From: Baekduia sp.
Lineage (GTDB): Bacteria > Actinomycetota > Thermoleophilia > Solirubrobacterales > Solirubrobacteraceae
Assembly (NCBI RefSeq): GCF_035318805.1
Contig: NZ_DATHDY010000046.1
Coordinates: 14,321 to 78,320, forward strand
Length of the DNA stretch: 64,000 nucleotides
Reading direction: 5' to 3'
Every line of letters starts with the position of its first letter. The first letter of the stretch is position 1. A program made the position numbers and the translations under genes. The notes beneath the pieces were generated by a model. It ran no database searches. It was not told the DNA's origin and saw only the letters and a program-made list of their open reading frames with translations. Of this stretch, positions 38,401 to 47,879 are shown one piece after another.

Positions 38401-38838
38401 TCAGCCTTCGACCGGCTGGCCATTGGCCGTCAGCGTCACGGGGATGTTCCCGCGCGTCGCGTTGGAGTACGGGCACACGTGGTGGGCCGCCTTGACGAGC
38501 TCCACCGCCTGCGCGCCGTCGACCGACGGCAGCGTCACGGCGAGCTCGACGGAGAGGTCGAAGCCCTTGCTCTCGTTGGGGTGCAGCGAGACGGAGGACT
38601 CGATGGAGGCGTCGCCGGTCTCGACCTTCGCGCGGCGCGCGACGGCGCCGAGCGCCCCCTCGAAGCACGCCGCATAGCCGACCGCGAAGAGCTGCTCGGG
38701 GTTCGTGCCGCCGCCCTGGCCGCCCATCTCGGGCGGGAGCCGGAGGTCGACCTCGAGCTCGCCGTCGCTGGTCTTGCCGTGGCCCTTGTCGCGTCCGCCG
38801 GTGACGTGCGCCTGTGCCGTGTAGAGGGTCTTCGCCAT
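38401..38838 (-). CDS. ohr: Organic hydroperoxide resistance protein
   Basis: GTNPEQLFAVGYAACF and AHHVCPYSNATRGN. Confidence 0.95.
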   Translation of the reverse strand: MAKTLYTAQAHVTGGRDKGHGKTSDGELEVDLRLPPEMGGQGGGTNPEQLFAVGYAACFEGALGAVARRAKVETGDASIESSVSLHPNESKGFDLSVELAVTLPSVDGAQAVELVKAAHHVCPYSNATRGNIPVTLTANGQPVEG

Positions 38839-38866
38839 GCGCTCGACCATAGCGGGCGGTCAGGGG

Positions 38867-40150
38867 TCAGACCGGGGCCGGGGACGGAAGCGGCGCGGCC
38901 GCGGCGACCTGCTCGTGGTCGTAGCGCAGCAGCGCCGGGAAGGCGAGCATGATCACCCCGACGCCGGCCAGGCACGCCAGGCCGCCGGAGAGGACCGAGA
39001 AGCGCACGCCGGCAAGCGCCGCGACCGACCCGGACTCGACGTCGCCGAGGCGCGGGCCGCTGGTCACCACGACGGAGAACACCGACGACATCCGCCCGCG
39101 CAGGTGATCGGGCGTCACCGACTGGTTGATCGACGACCGGCAGACGGCGCTGATGCTGTCGGCGGCGCCGGCGACGGCCAGCAGCCCGGCCGCGACCCAC
39201 AACGAGCTGGCGAGCCCGGCGACCGCGACCGCCACGCCCCAGACCCGCACCGCGAAGATGACGATGCGTCCGAGGCGGCGCGCGTGGGCCAGCCAGCCGG
39301 TGGTCAACGCGGCCACCGTCGCGCCGGCGGCCACCGCGGCGTACAACAGACCCGTCCCGGCCGCGCCAGCGTGATAGACGCTCACCGCGAGCACGGGGAA
39401 CAGCGCGCGCGGCATCCCGAAGGTCATCGCCACCAGGTCGATCGCGAACGAGCCCATCAGCGCCTGGTTGCCGCGGACGAAGCGCAGGCCCTCGCCGATG
39501 GCGCGCAGCACGGGCTCGTGCTCGGCGATCGCGCCGCGCGGCGGCTGGGCCGCCATCATCCACACGGTGGCGACGATCGCCAGGCAGCTGGCGGCGTCGA
39601 TCAGGTACGCCGCGCCGAGGCCGAGACCGGCGATGACCAGGCCCCCGATCGCCGGCCCGACCACCATCGTCAGCGTCCCCAGCCCGTAGTTCAGGGCCAG
39701 CGCCGAGCGCAGGCGCTCGGGCGCCACGAGGTTGGGCACGATCGACGCGGTCGTGACGCTCTGGATCGCCCCGAAGCCGGCCATCATGGCGCCGAGCACG
39801 TAGAGCAGCGCGATCGGCGGCGACCCCGCGAAGGCGAGAGCGGCGAGGGCGCTCGCGCCGATCACGAGCCCGATCTGGTCGAAGAGGAGCAGGCGGCGCC
39901 GGTCGTGGCGGTCGGCCAGCGCGCCGCCCAGCAGCGCCATCGCCATCAGCGGGATGAGCTCGACCGCGCCGAGCAGGCCCGTCAGGAACGCCGACTTCGT
40001 CTCGACGTAGACCTGATAGGGCAGTGCGACGAGCGCGGCCTGCGTGCCGAGGCCGGTGATCACCTCGCCCCCGATCAGCAGCCGCAGGTCGCGCGACTCC
40101 CGCAGCGGAGTGACGTCGACGGCGATGCGGGAGAACAGGCGAGGCGGCAC
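38867..40150 (-). CDS. MFS transporter (EntS/DHA3-like)
   Basis: GGALADRHDRRRLL, DLVAMTFGMPRALFP, PDHLRGRM. Confidence 0.9.
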   Translation of the reverse strand: MPPRLFSRIAVDVTPLRESRDLRLLIGGEVITGLGTQAALVALPYQVYVETKSAFLTGLLGAVELIPLMAMALLGGALADRHDRRRLLLFDQIGLVIGASALAALAFAGSPPIALLYVLGAMMAGFGAIQSVTTASIVPNLVAPERLRSALALNYGLGTLTMVVGPAIGGLVIAGLGLGAAYLIDAASCLAIVATVWMMAAQPPRGAIAEHEPVLRAIGEGLRFVRGNQALMGSFAIDLVAMTFGMPRALFPVLAVSVYHAGAAGTGLLYAAVAAGATVAALTTGWLAHARRLGRIVIFAVRVWGVAVAVAGLASSLWVAAGLLAVAGAADSISAVCRSSINQSVTPDHLRGRMSSVFSVVVTSGPRLGDVESGSVAALAGVRFSVLSGGLACLAGVGVIMLAFPALLRYDHEQVAAAAPLPSPAPV

Positions 40151-40203
40151 GAGCGGTCCGCCACGGTAACGGCCCGCGCCCGCGCGCCGTACAGTGGACG
40201 GCC

Positions 40204-41013
40204 GTGAAGCCCGAGATCCACTTCCTCGGCCTGTCGATCAAGACGTTCGGCCTCTTCTTCGCCCTCAACTTCGCAGCCTGGGGCCTGCTGGCCGGCCGCC
40301 GGCTGAAGGAGCTGGGCAAGCCCGCCGACTGGGCCTACGAGATGGTCACCGTCGCCCTCATCGGCGGGCTGGTCGGCGCGCGCGGCTACTACCTGCTGCA
40401 GAACCACGACAGCCTGAGCATCGGCGACATCTTCGGCGGCTCCGGCCTCATCTGGTACGGCGGCCTGCTGGGGGGCGTCGTCGCCGTGCTGGCGTGGGCG
40501 CGTCGCAAGGACTTCATCTCACTCGCCCTGCTCGATCTCGCCGGGCCATGCCTGGCGCTCGGCTACGCGATCGGGCGCATCGGCTGCCAGGTCTCGGGCG
40601 ACGGCGACTACGGCAAGGCCTGGGACGGCCCGTGGGCGATGGGTTACCCGAACGGCACCGTGCCGACCGCGCCCGGCGAGACCGTCCACCCCACGCCGAT
40701 CTACGAGACGTTCACGATCGGCCTGCTGGCCTTCGTGCTCTGGCAGCTGCGCGACCGCGTGCGCCCGGGCGTGCTGTTCGCGCTGTACCTGGTCGGCAGC
40801 GGGCTGGAGCGGTTCCTTGTGGAGTTCCTGCGCCGCAACGAGGACGTGCTGATCGGCCTCACCGCCGCGCAGCTGGAGGCGCTGTCGCTCTTCGTGGCCG
40901 GCGCCGTGTGGATCGCCGTCGTGCTGCGCCGCCAGGGCAGCCTGATGCTGCCCGAGGCGCAGCGGGCCCGGCGCGGCCGCGTCGGCCCGCCCGAGCAGCT
41001 GCACGCCGTTTAG
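40204..41013 (+). CDS. lgt: Prolipoprotein diacylglyceryl transferase
   Basis: GLIWYGG, IGRIGC..GDGDYG, HPTPIYE, RFLVEFLR. Confidence 0.92.
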   Translation: MKPEIHFLGLSIKTFGLFFALNFAAWGLLAGRRLKELGKPADWAYEMVTVALIGGLVGARGYYLLQNHDSLSIGDIFGGSGLIWYGGLLGGVVAVLAWARRKDFISLALLDLAGPCLALGYAIGRIGCQVSGDGDYGKAWDGPWAMGYPNGTVPTAPGETVHPTPIYETFTIGLLAFVLWQLRDRVRPGVLFALYLVGSGLERFLVEFLRRNEDVLIGLTAAQLEALSLFVAGAVWIAVVLRRQGSLMLPEAQRARRGRVGPPEQLHAV

Positions 41014-41045
41014 GGGGAACACTGGCCCAGAGGGCCAGGTTCCCC
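41011..41045 (-). repeat. Partial family B element (terminal hairpin), inverted
   Basis: Reverse complement of GGGAACCTGGCCCTCTGGGCCAGTGTTCCCC, directly after the lgt TAG. Confidence 0.85.
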
Positions 41046-41158
41046 GGGGCGCCCGCGTGTGACGCGCGCTGCAGGACTCTGGGCGCTTCGCGGCCCCAAG
41101 GTACGCAGAGTCGCTGATCGCTTTACGGCTGAAGGCGGCTCGAATAGGGTCGCGCGCA

Positions 41159-41527
41159 GTGCCCTTCACGCTCTGCCTCGACGTCACCCTTCGAGTCGAG
41201 GCCGCGCCGCGCGCCGCCGAGACCGCGCGACGCCTCACCGAGGAGTTCGCCGCGCTGGGCCGGATCCCGGGCCTCTGGGCGTTCCGCTACCTCGGCGCGC
41301 AGGCCGACGGCGCGGACCTGCTCGTCTCCGCCCGCCTGCTGGAGCCGGTCGAGGAGCTCTACGGCGCCGACCCCGACCGAGACGGCGAGCACGCGCCGGC
41401 CGACGTCGTCCTGCGGCTCCTCAACGCCCACTGCGCCACCTGGCGGTCCGCCGACGTCGGCGACCGCCCGCTGCGCTGGAGCTCCGAGCGCGTGCGGCGG
41501 CGGGTCTGGACCGGCGAGGGTGATTAG
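41159..41527 (+). CDS. Hypothetical protein
   Basis: TAGGGT -10-like box upstream; host codon usage. Confidence 0.6.
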   Translation: MPFTLCLDVTLRVEAAPRAAETARRLTEEFAALGRIPGLWAFRYLGAQADGADLLVSARLLEPVEELYGADPDRDGEHAPADVVLRLLNAHCATWRSADVGDRPLRWSSERVRRRVWTGEGD

Positions 41528-41540
41528 GATCGGCGGCGCA

Positions 41541-42155
41541 ATGGACGACGAGCTCCTCGACGCCTTCGACGAGCGCGGCTGCCATATCGGGATCAAGCGC
41601 CGCGCCGACGTGCACCGCGACGGCGACTGGCACCTGGCCTTCCACCTGTGGGTCGTGCGCGCCGACGGCGTGCTGCTGCAGCGCCGCGCGGCGACGAAGG
41701 CCTCGTGGCCCGGCCGCCTCGACGCGTCGGCGGCCGGCCATCTGCTGGCCGGCGAGGCCGTCCGCGACGGGCTGCGCGAGGCCGAGGAGGAGCTGGGCGT
41801 CGCCTACGCGTTCGGCGACCTCGAGCCGCTGGGCGTCCACCGCGTCGCCGACGAGGCCGACCAGGAGGGCCGCGCCAATCGCGAGCTGCAGCACGTCTTC
41901 GCGGTCCGCGACGAGCGCGCGCTCGAGACGTGGACGGCGTTCGACCGCGTGGAGGTCGACGGGCTCGTGCTGATCGCTCACGCCGACTTCGCCGCGCTGG
42001 CCGGCGGCGCGCCGGGACCCATCCCGGCCAGCGCCTGGGACGGCGAACGCGTCGCGGCGATCGAGGTCACCGGCGACGAGCTGGTGCCCACGCCGTACCT
42101 CGGCGCCCTCGCGACGGACCTCGCCCGCGTGGCCGGCCAGCCGCCTCAGCAGTGA
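41541..42155 (+). CDS. NUDIX hydrolase (IDI-like)
   Basis: VHRDGDWH, LLQRR..KASWPG, GHLLAGE..REAEEELG. Confidence 0.88.
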   Translation: MDDELLDAFDERGCHIGIKRRADVHRDGDWHLAFHLWVVRADGVLLQRRAATKASWPGRLDASAAGHLLAGEAVRDGLREAEEELGVAYAFGDLEPLGVHRVADEADQEGRANRELQHVFAVRDERALETWTAFDRVEVDGLVLIAHADFAALAGGAPGPIPASAWDGERVAAIEVTGDELVPTPYLGALATDLARVAGQPPQQ

Positions 42156-42330
42156 GGCTCCACTATCGCTCGGGTACACCAGTCGCCCCATTTCGTGGAA
42201 GGATTGACCACGGATGAGTGCCTTTGCACAGTTCCTGCGTGGGAACCTGAACAAGATTTGCTCTTGCCGGCCGCGCGGCAAGCTAAGGTTCGCGGCAACA
42301 GCCTTTACCTGAACGAACCCTGGACGGACC

Positions 42331-42969
42331 GTGAAGCCCATCACCGCCATCGATGACCCCCGCTACGTGAAGGCCATGAGCCATCCCGTACGTGTACGGA
42401 TCATGGCCATGCTGCAGGAGCGGAAGGCCAGCCCGAACGAGCTCTCCCAGTGGTTGGGAACCACGCTCGGGGCCACCGCGTACCACGTGCGCACCCTCCA
42501 CAAGCTCGGCCTGATCGAGCTCGTCGACGAGACCCGCGTCCGCGGGGCCGTCGAGCACCACTACAAGGCCAAGGCTCGCCCGAAGGTCACGGAGGAGAAC
42601 TGGTCCAAGGCGTCGCCCGTGGCCAAGCAGGCCGCGGTCGGCTCGCAGTTGAAGATGCTCGAGGATTACACGAACGCGTCGGCCGCGGCCGGTGGGTTCG
42701 ACCGTGCAGACGCGGTGCTGGAGCGCAAGACCGCGCGTCTGGACGACCGTGGCTGGAAGGCCCTCACCGCCGAGGCCGCGAAGTTCCTGGAGCGCGTCGA
42801 TCGCATCCAGGCCGACGCCGCGAAGCGCCTGACCAAGGCCGGGGACGAGGGCGCCATCGACGCCGGCGTCGTCCTCCTGGGCTTCGAGTCGGTGCCGCTG
42901 AGCACGCAGATCCCTGAGTCGAAGAAGAAGCGCACGCCGATGAAGCGGACGCGGCGCGCCTCCGCCTAG
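42331..42969 (+). CDS. ArsR-like winged-helix regulator
   Basis: AMSHPVRVRIM, AYHVRTL, RGAVEHHY. Confidence 0.85.
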   Translation: MKPITAIDDPRYVKAMSHPVRVRIMAMLQERKASPNELSQWLGTTLGATAYHVRTLHKLGLIELVDETRVRGAVEHHYKAKARPKVTEENWSKASPVAKQAAVGSQLKMLEDYTNASAAAGGFDRADAVLERKTARLDDRGWKALTAEAAKFLERVDRIQADAAKRLTKAGDEGAIDAGVVLLGFESVPLSTQIPESKKKRTPMKRTRRASA

Positions 42970-43154
42970 AGCGGCAACGCGCCACCATTACGCAGTTCTT
43001 CATCTCGCCCCCGGCGGCGCGCCCGGCCTCTCGGCCAGCGCCTCCGGGGGCGTCGTGATACCGATGGAAGTCGCTGAGCATGTAGTGCCGCCGCTCACGC
43101 GAGCGTGCGCCGGCCGACGAGGCCTTCGGGCTCGCCCGCGCTGCGCGCGGCGAG

Positions 43155-43418
43155 TTAGCCGCGCGGCACGAGACGCACCTTCGGGGGCATCTCGAAGGGC
43201 TTGGGCGGCGGCGCGTCGTGCGGGCGCAGGCGCGTGCGCCCGGACTTGCGCTCCAGCGACCAGCCGGCGAGCTCGACCTCGTAGAGCGCCTGCGCGGGCA
43301 TCTGCAGGCCCTCGCTGCGCATCTCGGCGACGGTGAGGCCGTTGTCCCCTGCCTCCTCGAGGAGCTGCAGGGCCAACCGGCCGTCGACGGTGGTGAGTGG
43401 GCGACCGGTGGCTGACAT
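43155..43418 (-). CDS. Small wHTH-like hypothetical protein
   Basis: LLEEAGDNGLTVAEMRSEGLQMPAQALYEVELAGWSLER. Confidence 0.6.
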   Translation of the reverse strand: MSATGRPLTTVDGRLALQLLEEAGDNGLTVAEMRSEGLQMPAQALYEVELAGWSLERKSGRTRLRPHDAPPPKPFEMPPKVRLVPRG

Positions 43419-43540
43419 CCAGGAGCGCAAGGGTACCGGCCTTCCCGCCCTATCGCGGTTCAAAGCACCCGGCACGCCTCTGAGCCAGTTCTCATACCGC
43501 CTTGAGGTACGCCTCAGGTTCGGGCGGTGAACTGCAGGAC

Positions 43541-43951
43541 ATGTCACCGGCCTCCTCCATCGCCAGCACCCGCGAAGACCGGCTGACCAGCGTCCTGGAC
43601 GCGCTCCCCCGCGTCAGCTTCCGCGACCGCCGCCACGCGGTGTCCCCCGAGCGTCCCCCGGCGGGCCGCTACCTCGAGCTCGACGACGGCGACGAGCGCG
43701 TCCTGCTCCCCCTGCGACCCGGCACGACGCACGTCGGCCGGAGCTTCGCCGCCGACGTCGTGCTCGACGACCAGAGCGTGTCGCGCCGTCACGCGATCGT
43801 CCACCAGCGCTCCAGCGGGACGCGCATCCTCGACGACCGCAGCGCCAACGGCACGTTCGTCAACGGCCGGCGGACCACGGCGGCGGACCTGCGCGACGGC
43901 GACGTCGTCGTGCTCGGGCGCGTGGTGCTGACGTACCGCGACATCATCTGA
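43541..43951 (+). CDS. FHA domain protein
   Basis: VGRS, SVSRRHA, DDRSANGTFVNG. Confidence 0.9.
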   Translation: MSPASSIASTREDRLTSVLDALPRVSFRDRRHAVSPERPPAGRYLELDDGDERVLLPLRPGTTHVGRSFAADVVLDDQSVSRRHAIVHQRSSGTRILDDRSANGTFVNGRRTTAADLRDGDVVVLGRVVLTYRDII

Positions 43952-43994
43952 GCGCGCGCTACAGGTCGGCGAGGTGGAGGCCGACGAATGTCGT

Positions 43995-45338
43995 ATGAGC
44001 GCCACCGACCTGCATGCGCGCGCGGTCGCGTCCTTCGAGGCCGGCGCGGTCCCCGAGGCCGTCGACCTGCTCCGCGCGGCGATCGCCGACCGCCTGGATC
44101 CCGAGCTGATCAACGACCTCGCCGTGATGCTGGACGGCAGCGGCCGCCGCGCCGACGCCCGCGCGCTCCTGGAGGCGCTCGTGACGCTGGCGCCGCAGTT
44201 CCCCGACGCGGCCGAGAACCTGGCGGCGCTGGGTGGCGCCGAGCGCGCGGACGCCGCGCCGCCCGACGGCGAGCGCCGCAGCCGCTTCCTGCAGACCGTC
44301 GCCGACGCGCAGCGCACGCACCTGGCCGACAACGTCGACTTCCTGTTCGAGCCGTGGGGGCGCACGCTCCCCGATCGGGCCGGCGAGGGCGAGCGGCTCG
44401 CCGCGCAGATCGCCGTCCTCGACCGCTGCGACGTCCTCTGGGCCGGCCTCGGTGACGAGGAGAGCCGCGACCTCCTCCTGCGGCTGCTGGCCTACCGCGC
44501 GCTCGGACCGGCCCACGTGCGCCTGCAGCTCGACCCCGGCGAGTACCGGCGCTCGGTGATCGGGATGACCGCCGAGCTCATCCGCTCGGCGGGCGTCGCC
44601 GGGATGCCCGGGATGCCGTACGAGTGGGCCCACCACGTCTTCGACTTCACGCCGGTCGGCGTGCCGGTGTGCCTTGCGGGGCCGCCCCTGCCGCTGGCCT
44701 CGACGATCGTGTTCTCCCAATACGCCTATCGCGACGCGGTCAACGTGCCGGCCGCGCGGCCGCGGCCGGGCGACGTCGCGCTGGACGTCGGCGGCTGCTG
44801 GGGCGAGACGGCGGTGTGGATGGCCCATCACGTCGGCGCCTCCGGCCACGTCCACTGCTTCGAGCCGTCGCCGCGGAACCTGCAGCTGCTGACCGCCAAC
44901 CTCGACCGCAACCCGGCGCTCGCGCCGCGGATCAGCGTGCACGCCGCGCCGCTGGCCGCCGAGCCCGGCCGCCACGTGTGGATGGACGACATCACCGCTG
45001 CCGGCGCCACGACGCACGAGGGCGGCGCGCCCGAGGGCCGCACAACCGTCCCGGCCATCACGGACTCCGTCGACGCGCTGGTCGCCCGCGGCGAGCTCGA
45101 CCGGGTCGACTTCATCAAGATGGACGTCGAGGGCGCCGAACCCGAGGTCCTTCGCGGCGCCGCCCACACGCTCCGCACCCAGCGCCCCCGCCTGGCCCTC
45201 GCCGCCTACCACCGGCCCGACGACCTGGCCGTGCTGCCGGCGTTCGTGGCGTCCCTGGGCCTCGACTACCGGTGGTACCTGCAGTGCTCGACGATGACCG
45301 ACATCGACTCGATCCTGTTCGGCGTGCCGGTGGGCTGA
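43995..45338 (+). CDS. FkbM-family methyltransferase with N-terminal TPR-like helices
   Basis: LDVGGCWGET, FEPS, DFIKMDVEGAE, AAYH. Confidence 0.88.
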   Translation: MSATDLHARAVASFEAGAVPEAVDLLRAAIADRLDPELINDLAVMLDGSGRRADARALLEALVTLAPQFPDAAENLAALGGAERADAAPPDGERRSRFLQTVADAQRTHLADNVDFLFEPWGRTLPDRAGEGERLAAQIAVLDRCDVLWAGLGDEESRDLLLRLLAYRALGPAHVRLQLDPGEYRRSVIGMTAELIRSAGVAGMPGMPYEWAHHVFDFTPVGVPVCLAGPPLPLASTIVFSQYAYRDAVNVPAARPRPGDVALDVGGCWGETAVWMAHHVGASGHVHCFEPSPRNLQLLTANLDRNPALAPRISVHAAPLAAEPGRHVWMDDITAAGATTHEGGAPEGRTTVPAITDSVDALVARGELDRVDFIKMDVEGAEPEVLRGAAHTLRTQRPRLALAAYHRPDDLAVLPAFVASLGLDYRWYLQCSTMTDIDSILFGVPVG

Positions 45339-45397
45339 GGGGGCGCCGGCTCGACACGAACCTCCGGCGACGCGGGAGCCGGACCCGCGCCGCTCTC

Positions 45398-45426
45398 TTG
45401 ACATCCGAACACTTCCGATATATCGT
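45398..45426 (+). promoter_or_regulatory. Sigma70-type promoter overlapped by a palindromic operator
   Basis: TTGACA-17-TATCGT; CGATATATCG at 45416-45425. Confidence 0.7.
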
Positions 45427-45464
45427 GATGCTCCGTCGATAGTCAAAGACGAAAGGAGCACCAC

Positions 45465-46118
45465 ATGACCGGTGCCACACACGCAGCGCCATCCGGGCAC
45501 TGCCATCATCGGCGCGACCCGCGCGGCCGCGCCTTCTTCCCCGAGCTGCTCGCGATGATGGGCGGCGGCCGGGGCCCCGGCGGTCCGGGCTTCGGCTTCG
45601 GGCCGGGTCCGCACGGCCGTGGAGGCCGTGGGCGGCGCGCCCGCCGCGGTGACATCCGCGCGGCCTCCCTCCTCCTGCTCGCCGAGGAGCCCCGCAACGG
45701 CTACGGCCTGATGCAGGTCCTCGAGGAGCGCAGCGGCGGCGTCTGGCGGCCGAGCCCCGGCTCGGTCTACCCGGCGCTCGCCCAGCTGGAGGACGAGGGC
45801 CTGATCCGCAGCGTCGAGCACGACGGCCGCAAGACGTTCGAGCTCACCGACGAGGGCCGCGCCCACGTCGAGGAGCACCGCGAGCGCTACGGCACGCCGT
45901 GGGAGACCGTCGCCGAGGGCGTCCCGAGCGAGCTGCACGACCTGCGCCACGCCGGGCAGGCCCTGGCGGTCGCCTCGATGCAGGTCGCCCAGATGGGCTC
46001 CAAGGCCCAACTGGCCGAGGCCAAGCGGATCCTCGAGGACGCCCGTCGCGGCCTCTATCGCCTCCTGGCCGGCGACGCGCCCGAGGGCGACCAGCCGACC
46101 GGCGAGGACCAGCAGTAA
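45465..46118 (+). CDS. PadR regulator
   Basis: RRGDIRAA, WRPSPGSVYPAL; AAAGGAG RBS. Confidence 0.93.
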   Translation: MTGATHAAPSGHCHHRRDPRGRAFFPELLAMMGGGRGPGGPGFGFGPGPHGRGGRGRRARRGDIRAASLLLLAEEPRNGYGLMQVLEERSGGVWRPSPGSVYPALAQLEDEGLIRSVEHDGRKTFELTDEGRAHVEEHRERYGTPWETVAEGVPSELHDLRHAGQALAVASMQVAQMGSKAQLAEAKRILEDARRGLYRLLAGDAPEGDQPTGEDQQ

Positions 46119-46179
46119 CCCTCCCGAGGGAGGGAGGGCTGCTTCGCAGCACCCGACGCGGCGCGCACCCACGGTCGAA

Positions 46180-46219
46180 GGGGACAGTCCCCTCCCCAAT
46201 TGGGGAGGGGACTGTCCCC
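46180..46219. repeat. Perfect 40-bp palindrome of two GGGGACWGTCCCC units
   Basis: GGGGACAGTCCCCTCCCCAA|TTGGGGAGGGGACTGTCCCC between convergent genes. Confidence 0.9.
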
Positions 46220-46240
46220 GCCGCGTTCGTCCCCGCCGCG

Positions 46241-47848
46241 CTACGCCGGCGCCGGCGGCAGCAGCTTCCCCGGGTTCATCACGCCGGCCGGATCCAGCCG
46301 CGCCTTGACGGCGCGCAGCACGTCGACGCCCAGCTCCCCGAGCTCGGCGGCCAGCCACGGCGCGTGGTCGGCGCCGACGGCGTGGTGGTGGGTCAGCGTC
46401 GCGCCGCGGCCGGTCAGCGTCTCCATCACGGCGGCCTTCGCGCGCAGCCACTGGCCGACGGGATCGTCGGCGTCGCGCCGCGCCAGGACGGTGAAGTACA
46501 GCGACGCGCCCGTCGCGTAGAGATGCGAGACATGGCACGAGACGACCGGGCTCGCGCCGTCCAGCGCGCCCCGCAACGTCTCGCCGACCGCGTCGTGCAG
46601 CGCGATGAGGTCGCGCCAGGTCGTGGCGGTCTCCAGCGTCTCGACCAGCAGGCCCGTGCCGAGCAGCTCGTCGCGGAGGCGCGGCGCGCGGAAGCGCCCG
46701 TGGCGCCAGGCCGCGGCAGCCTCCTCGCCCAGGGCGACGGCGCCCGCGCCCTCCAGCCGCCCGCGCGCGCCGGCCGCCCGGTAGGCGACGTCGACCGCGT
46801 CGCCCTCCCAGCCGATCAGCAGCGTGCAGCCGCCCGCACCGTCCTCGGCAGCGGCGCCGCCGGTCGCGACGCCGAGCGCGGTCTCGGTCTCGTCCGACAG
46901 GCGCGCCAGGTCGGGCTTGGAGCCGTGCTGGGCCAGCGAGCGCAGGATCCCGACGCCGGTCGCGAGATCCGCCACGCGCCAGCCCTCGTGCCGCACGGTC
47001 TCGGGGATCGGGCGCACGCGCACGGTCACCTCGGTGATCACGCCGAACGCGCCCTCGGACCCGAGGAGCAGCTGCCGCAGGTCGGGGCCGGCGGCGGTGC
47101 CGGGAGCGCGACCGAGGTCGAGATCGCCGGCCGGCGTGGCGGCGCGCAGCCGCTGCACCAGCGCGTCGAAGCGGCCCCAGCCCGTCGAGAGCTGGCCGGC
47201 GGAGCGCGTCGCGGCGTAGCCCCCGATGGTCGCCCGCTCGAAGCTCTGCGGCAGGTGACCCAGCGTGAAGCCGTGGGCCGCGAGGAGCTCCTCGGCGCGC
47301 GGTCCCGTCACGCCGGCCTGCAGCGTCGCGGTCTGCGACACGTCGTCGACCGCGACGAGCGCGTCAAGGCGCCGGAGGTCGAGCGCGATCACCGCGGAGA
47401 ACGCGCCGCGGCCGGGGGCGACCCCGCCGACGACGCTCGTGCCGCCGCCGAACGGCACGACGGCGACGCCGTGCTCGCTGCACGCGCGCAGCACCGCGCC
47501 GACCTCGGCGTGGCCGGCCGGCTCGACGATCGCGTCGGGCGCGGCCGGCGGGTCGGCGCTGCGGCGGACGAGGTCGAGGTAGGACATGCCGTTGGCGTGG
47601 GCGGCGCGCGCGCCGTCGTCGCGGACGACGTGCTCGGCGCCGACCGCGGCTTCCAGCGCCGCCAGGGCGTCCCCGGCCAGCGCCGACGGGCCCACGGGCA
47701 GCGCGACGGCCGCGGGCGATCCGCCGTCGCCCTCCTCGATCGCGAACGCCTGGCGCAGCAGCGTGCGCAGCGCGTCGTCGACCAGCGCCTCGCCGTCGGG
47801 GGCGGCCCAGCGCGCTGCGGGATCGAAGGCGTCGGTCGTCTGGCTCAT
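46241..47848 (-). CDS. FAD-linked oxidase, alkyl-DHAP synthase-like
   Basis: PFGGGTSVVGG, GHLPQSFE, GSEGAFGVIT, HHHAVG, MNPGKL. Confidence 0.88.
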   Translation of the reverse strand: MSQTTDAFDPAARWAAPDGEALVDDALRTLLRQAFAIEEGDGGSPAAVALPVGPSALAGDALAALEAAVGAEHVVRDDGARAAHANGMSYLDLVRRSADPPAAPDAIVEPAGHAEVGAVLRACSEHGVAVVPFGGGTSVVGGVAPGRGAFSAVIALDLRRLDALVAVDDVSQTATLQAGVTGPRAEELLAAHGFTLGHLPQSFERATIGGYAATRSAGQLSTGWGRFDALVQRLRAATPAGDLDLGRAPGTAAGPDLRQLLLGSEGAFGVITEVTVRVRPIPETVRHEGWRVADLATGVGILRSLAQHGSKPDLARLSDETETALGVATGGAAAEDGAGGCTLLIGWEGDAVDVAYRAAGARGRLEGAGAVALGEEAAAAWRHGRFRAPRLRDELLGTGLLVETLETATTWRDLIALHDAVGETLRGALDGASPVVSCHVSHLYATGASLYFTVLARRDADDPVGQWLRAKAAVMETLTGRGATLTHHHAVGADHAPWLAAELGELGVDVLRAVKARLDPAGVMNPGKLLPPAPA

Positions 47849-47879
47849 CGTGCGTGACGATGTTACATTCTCTGCCTAG

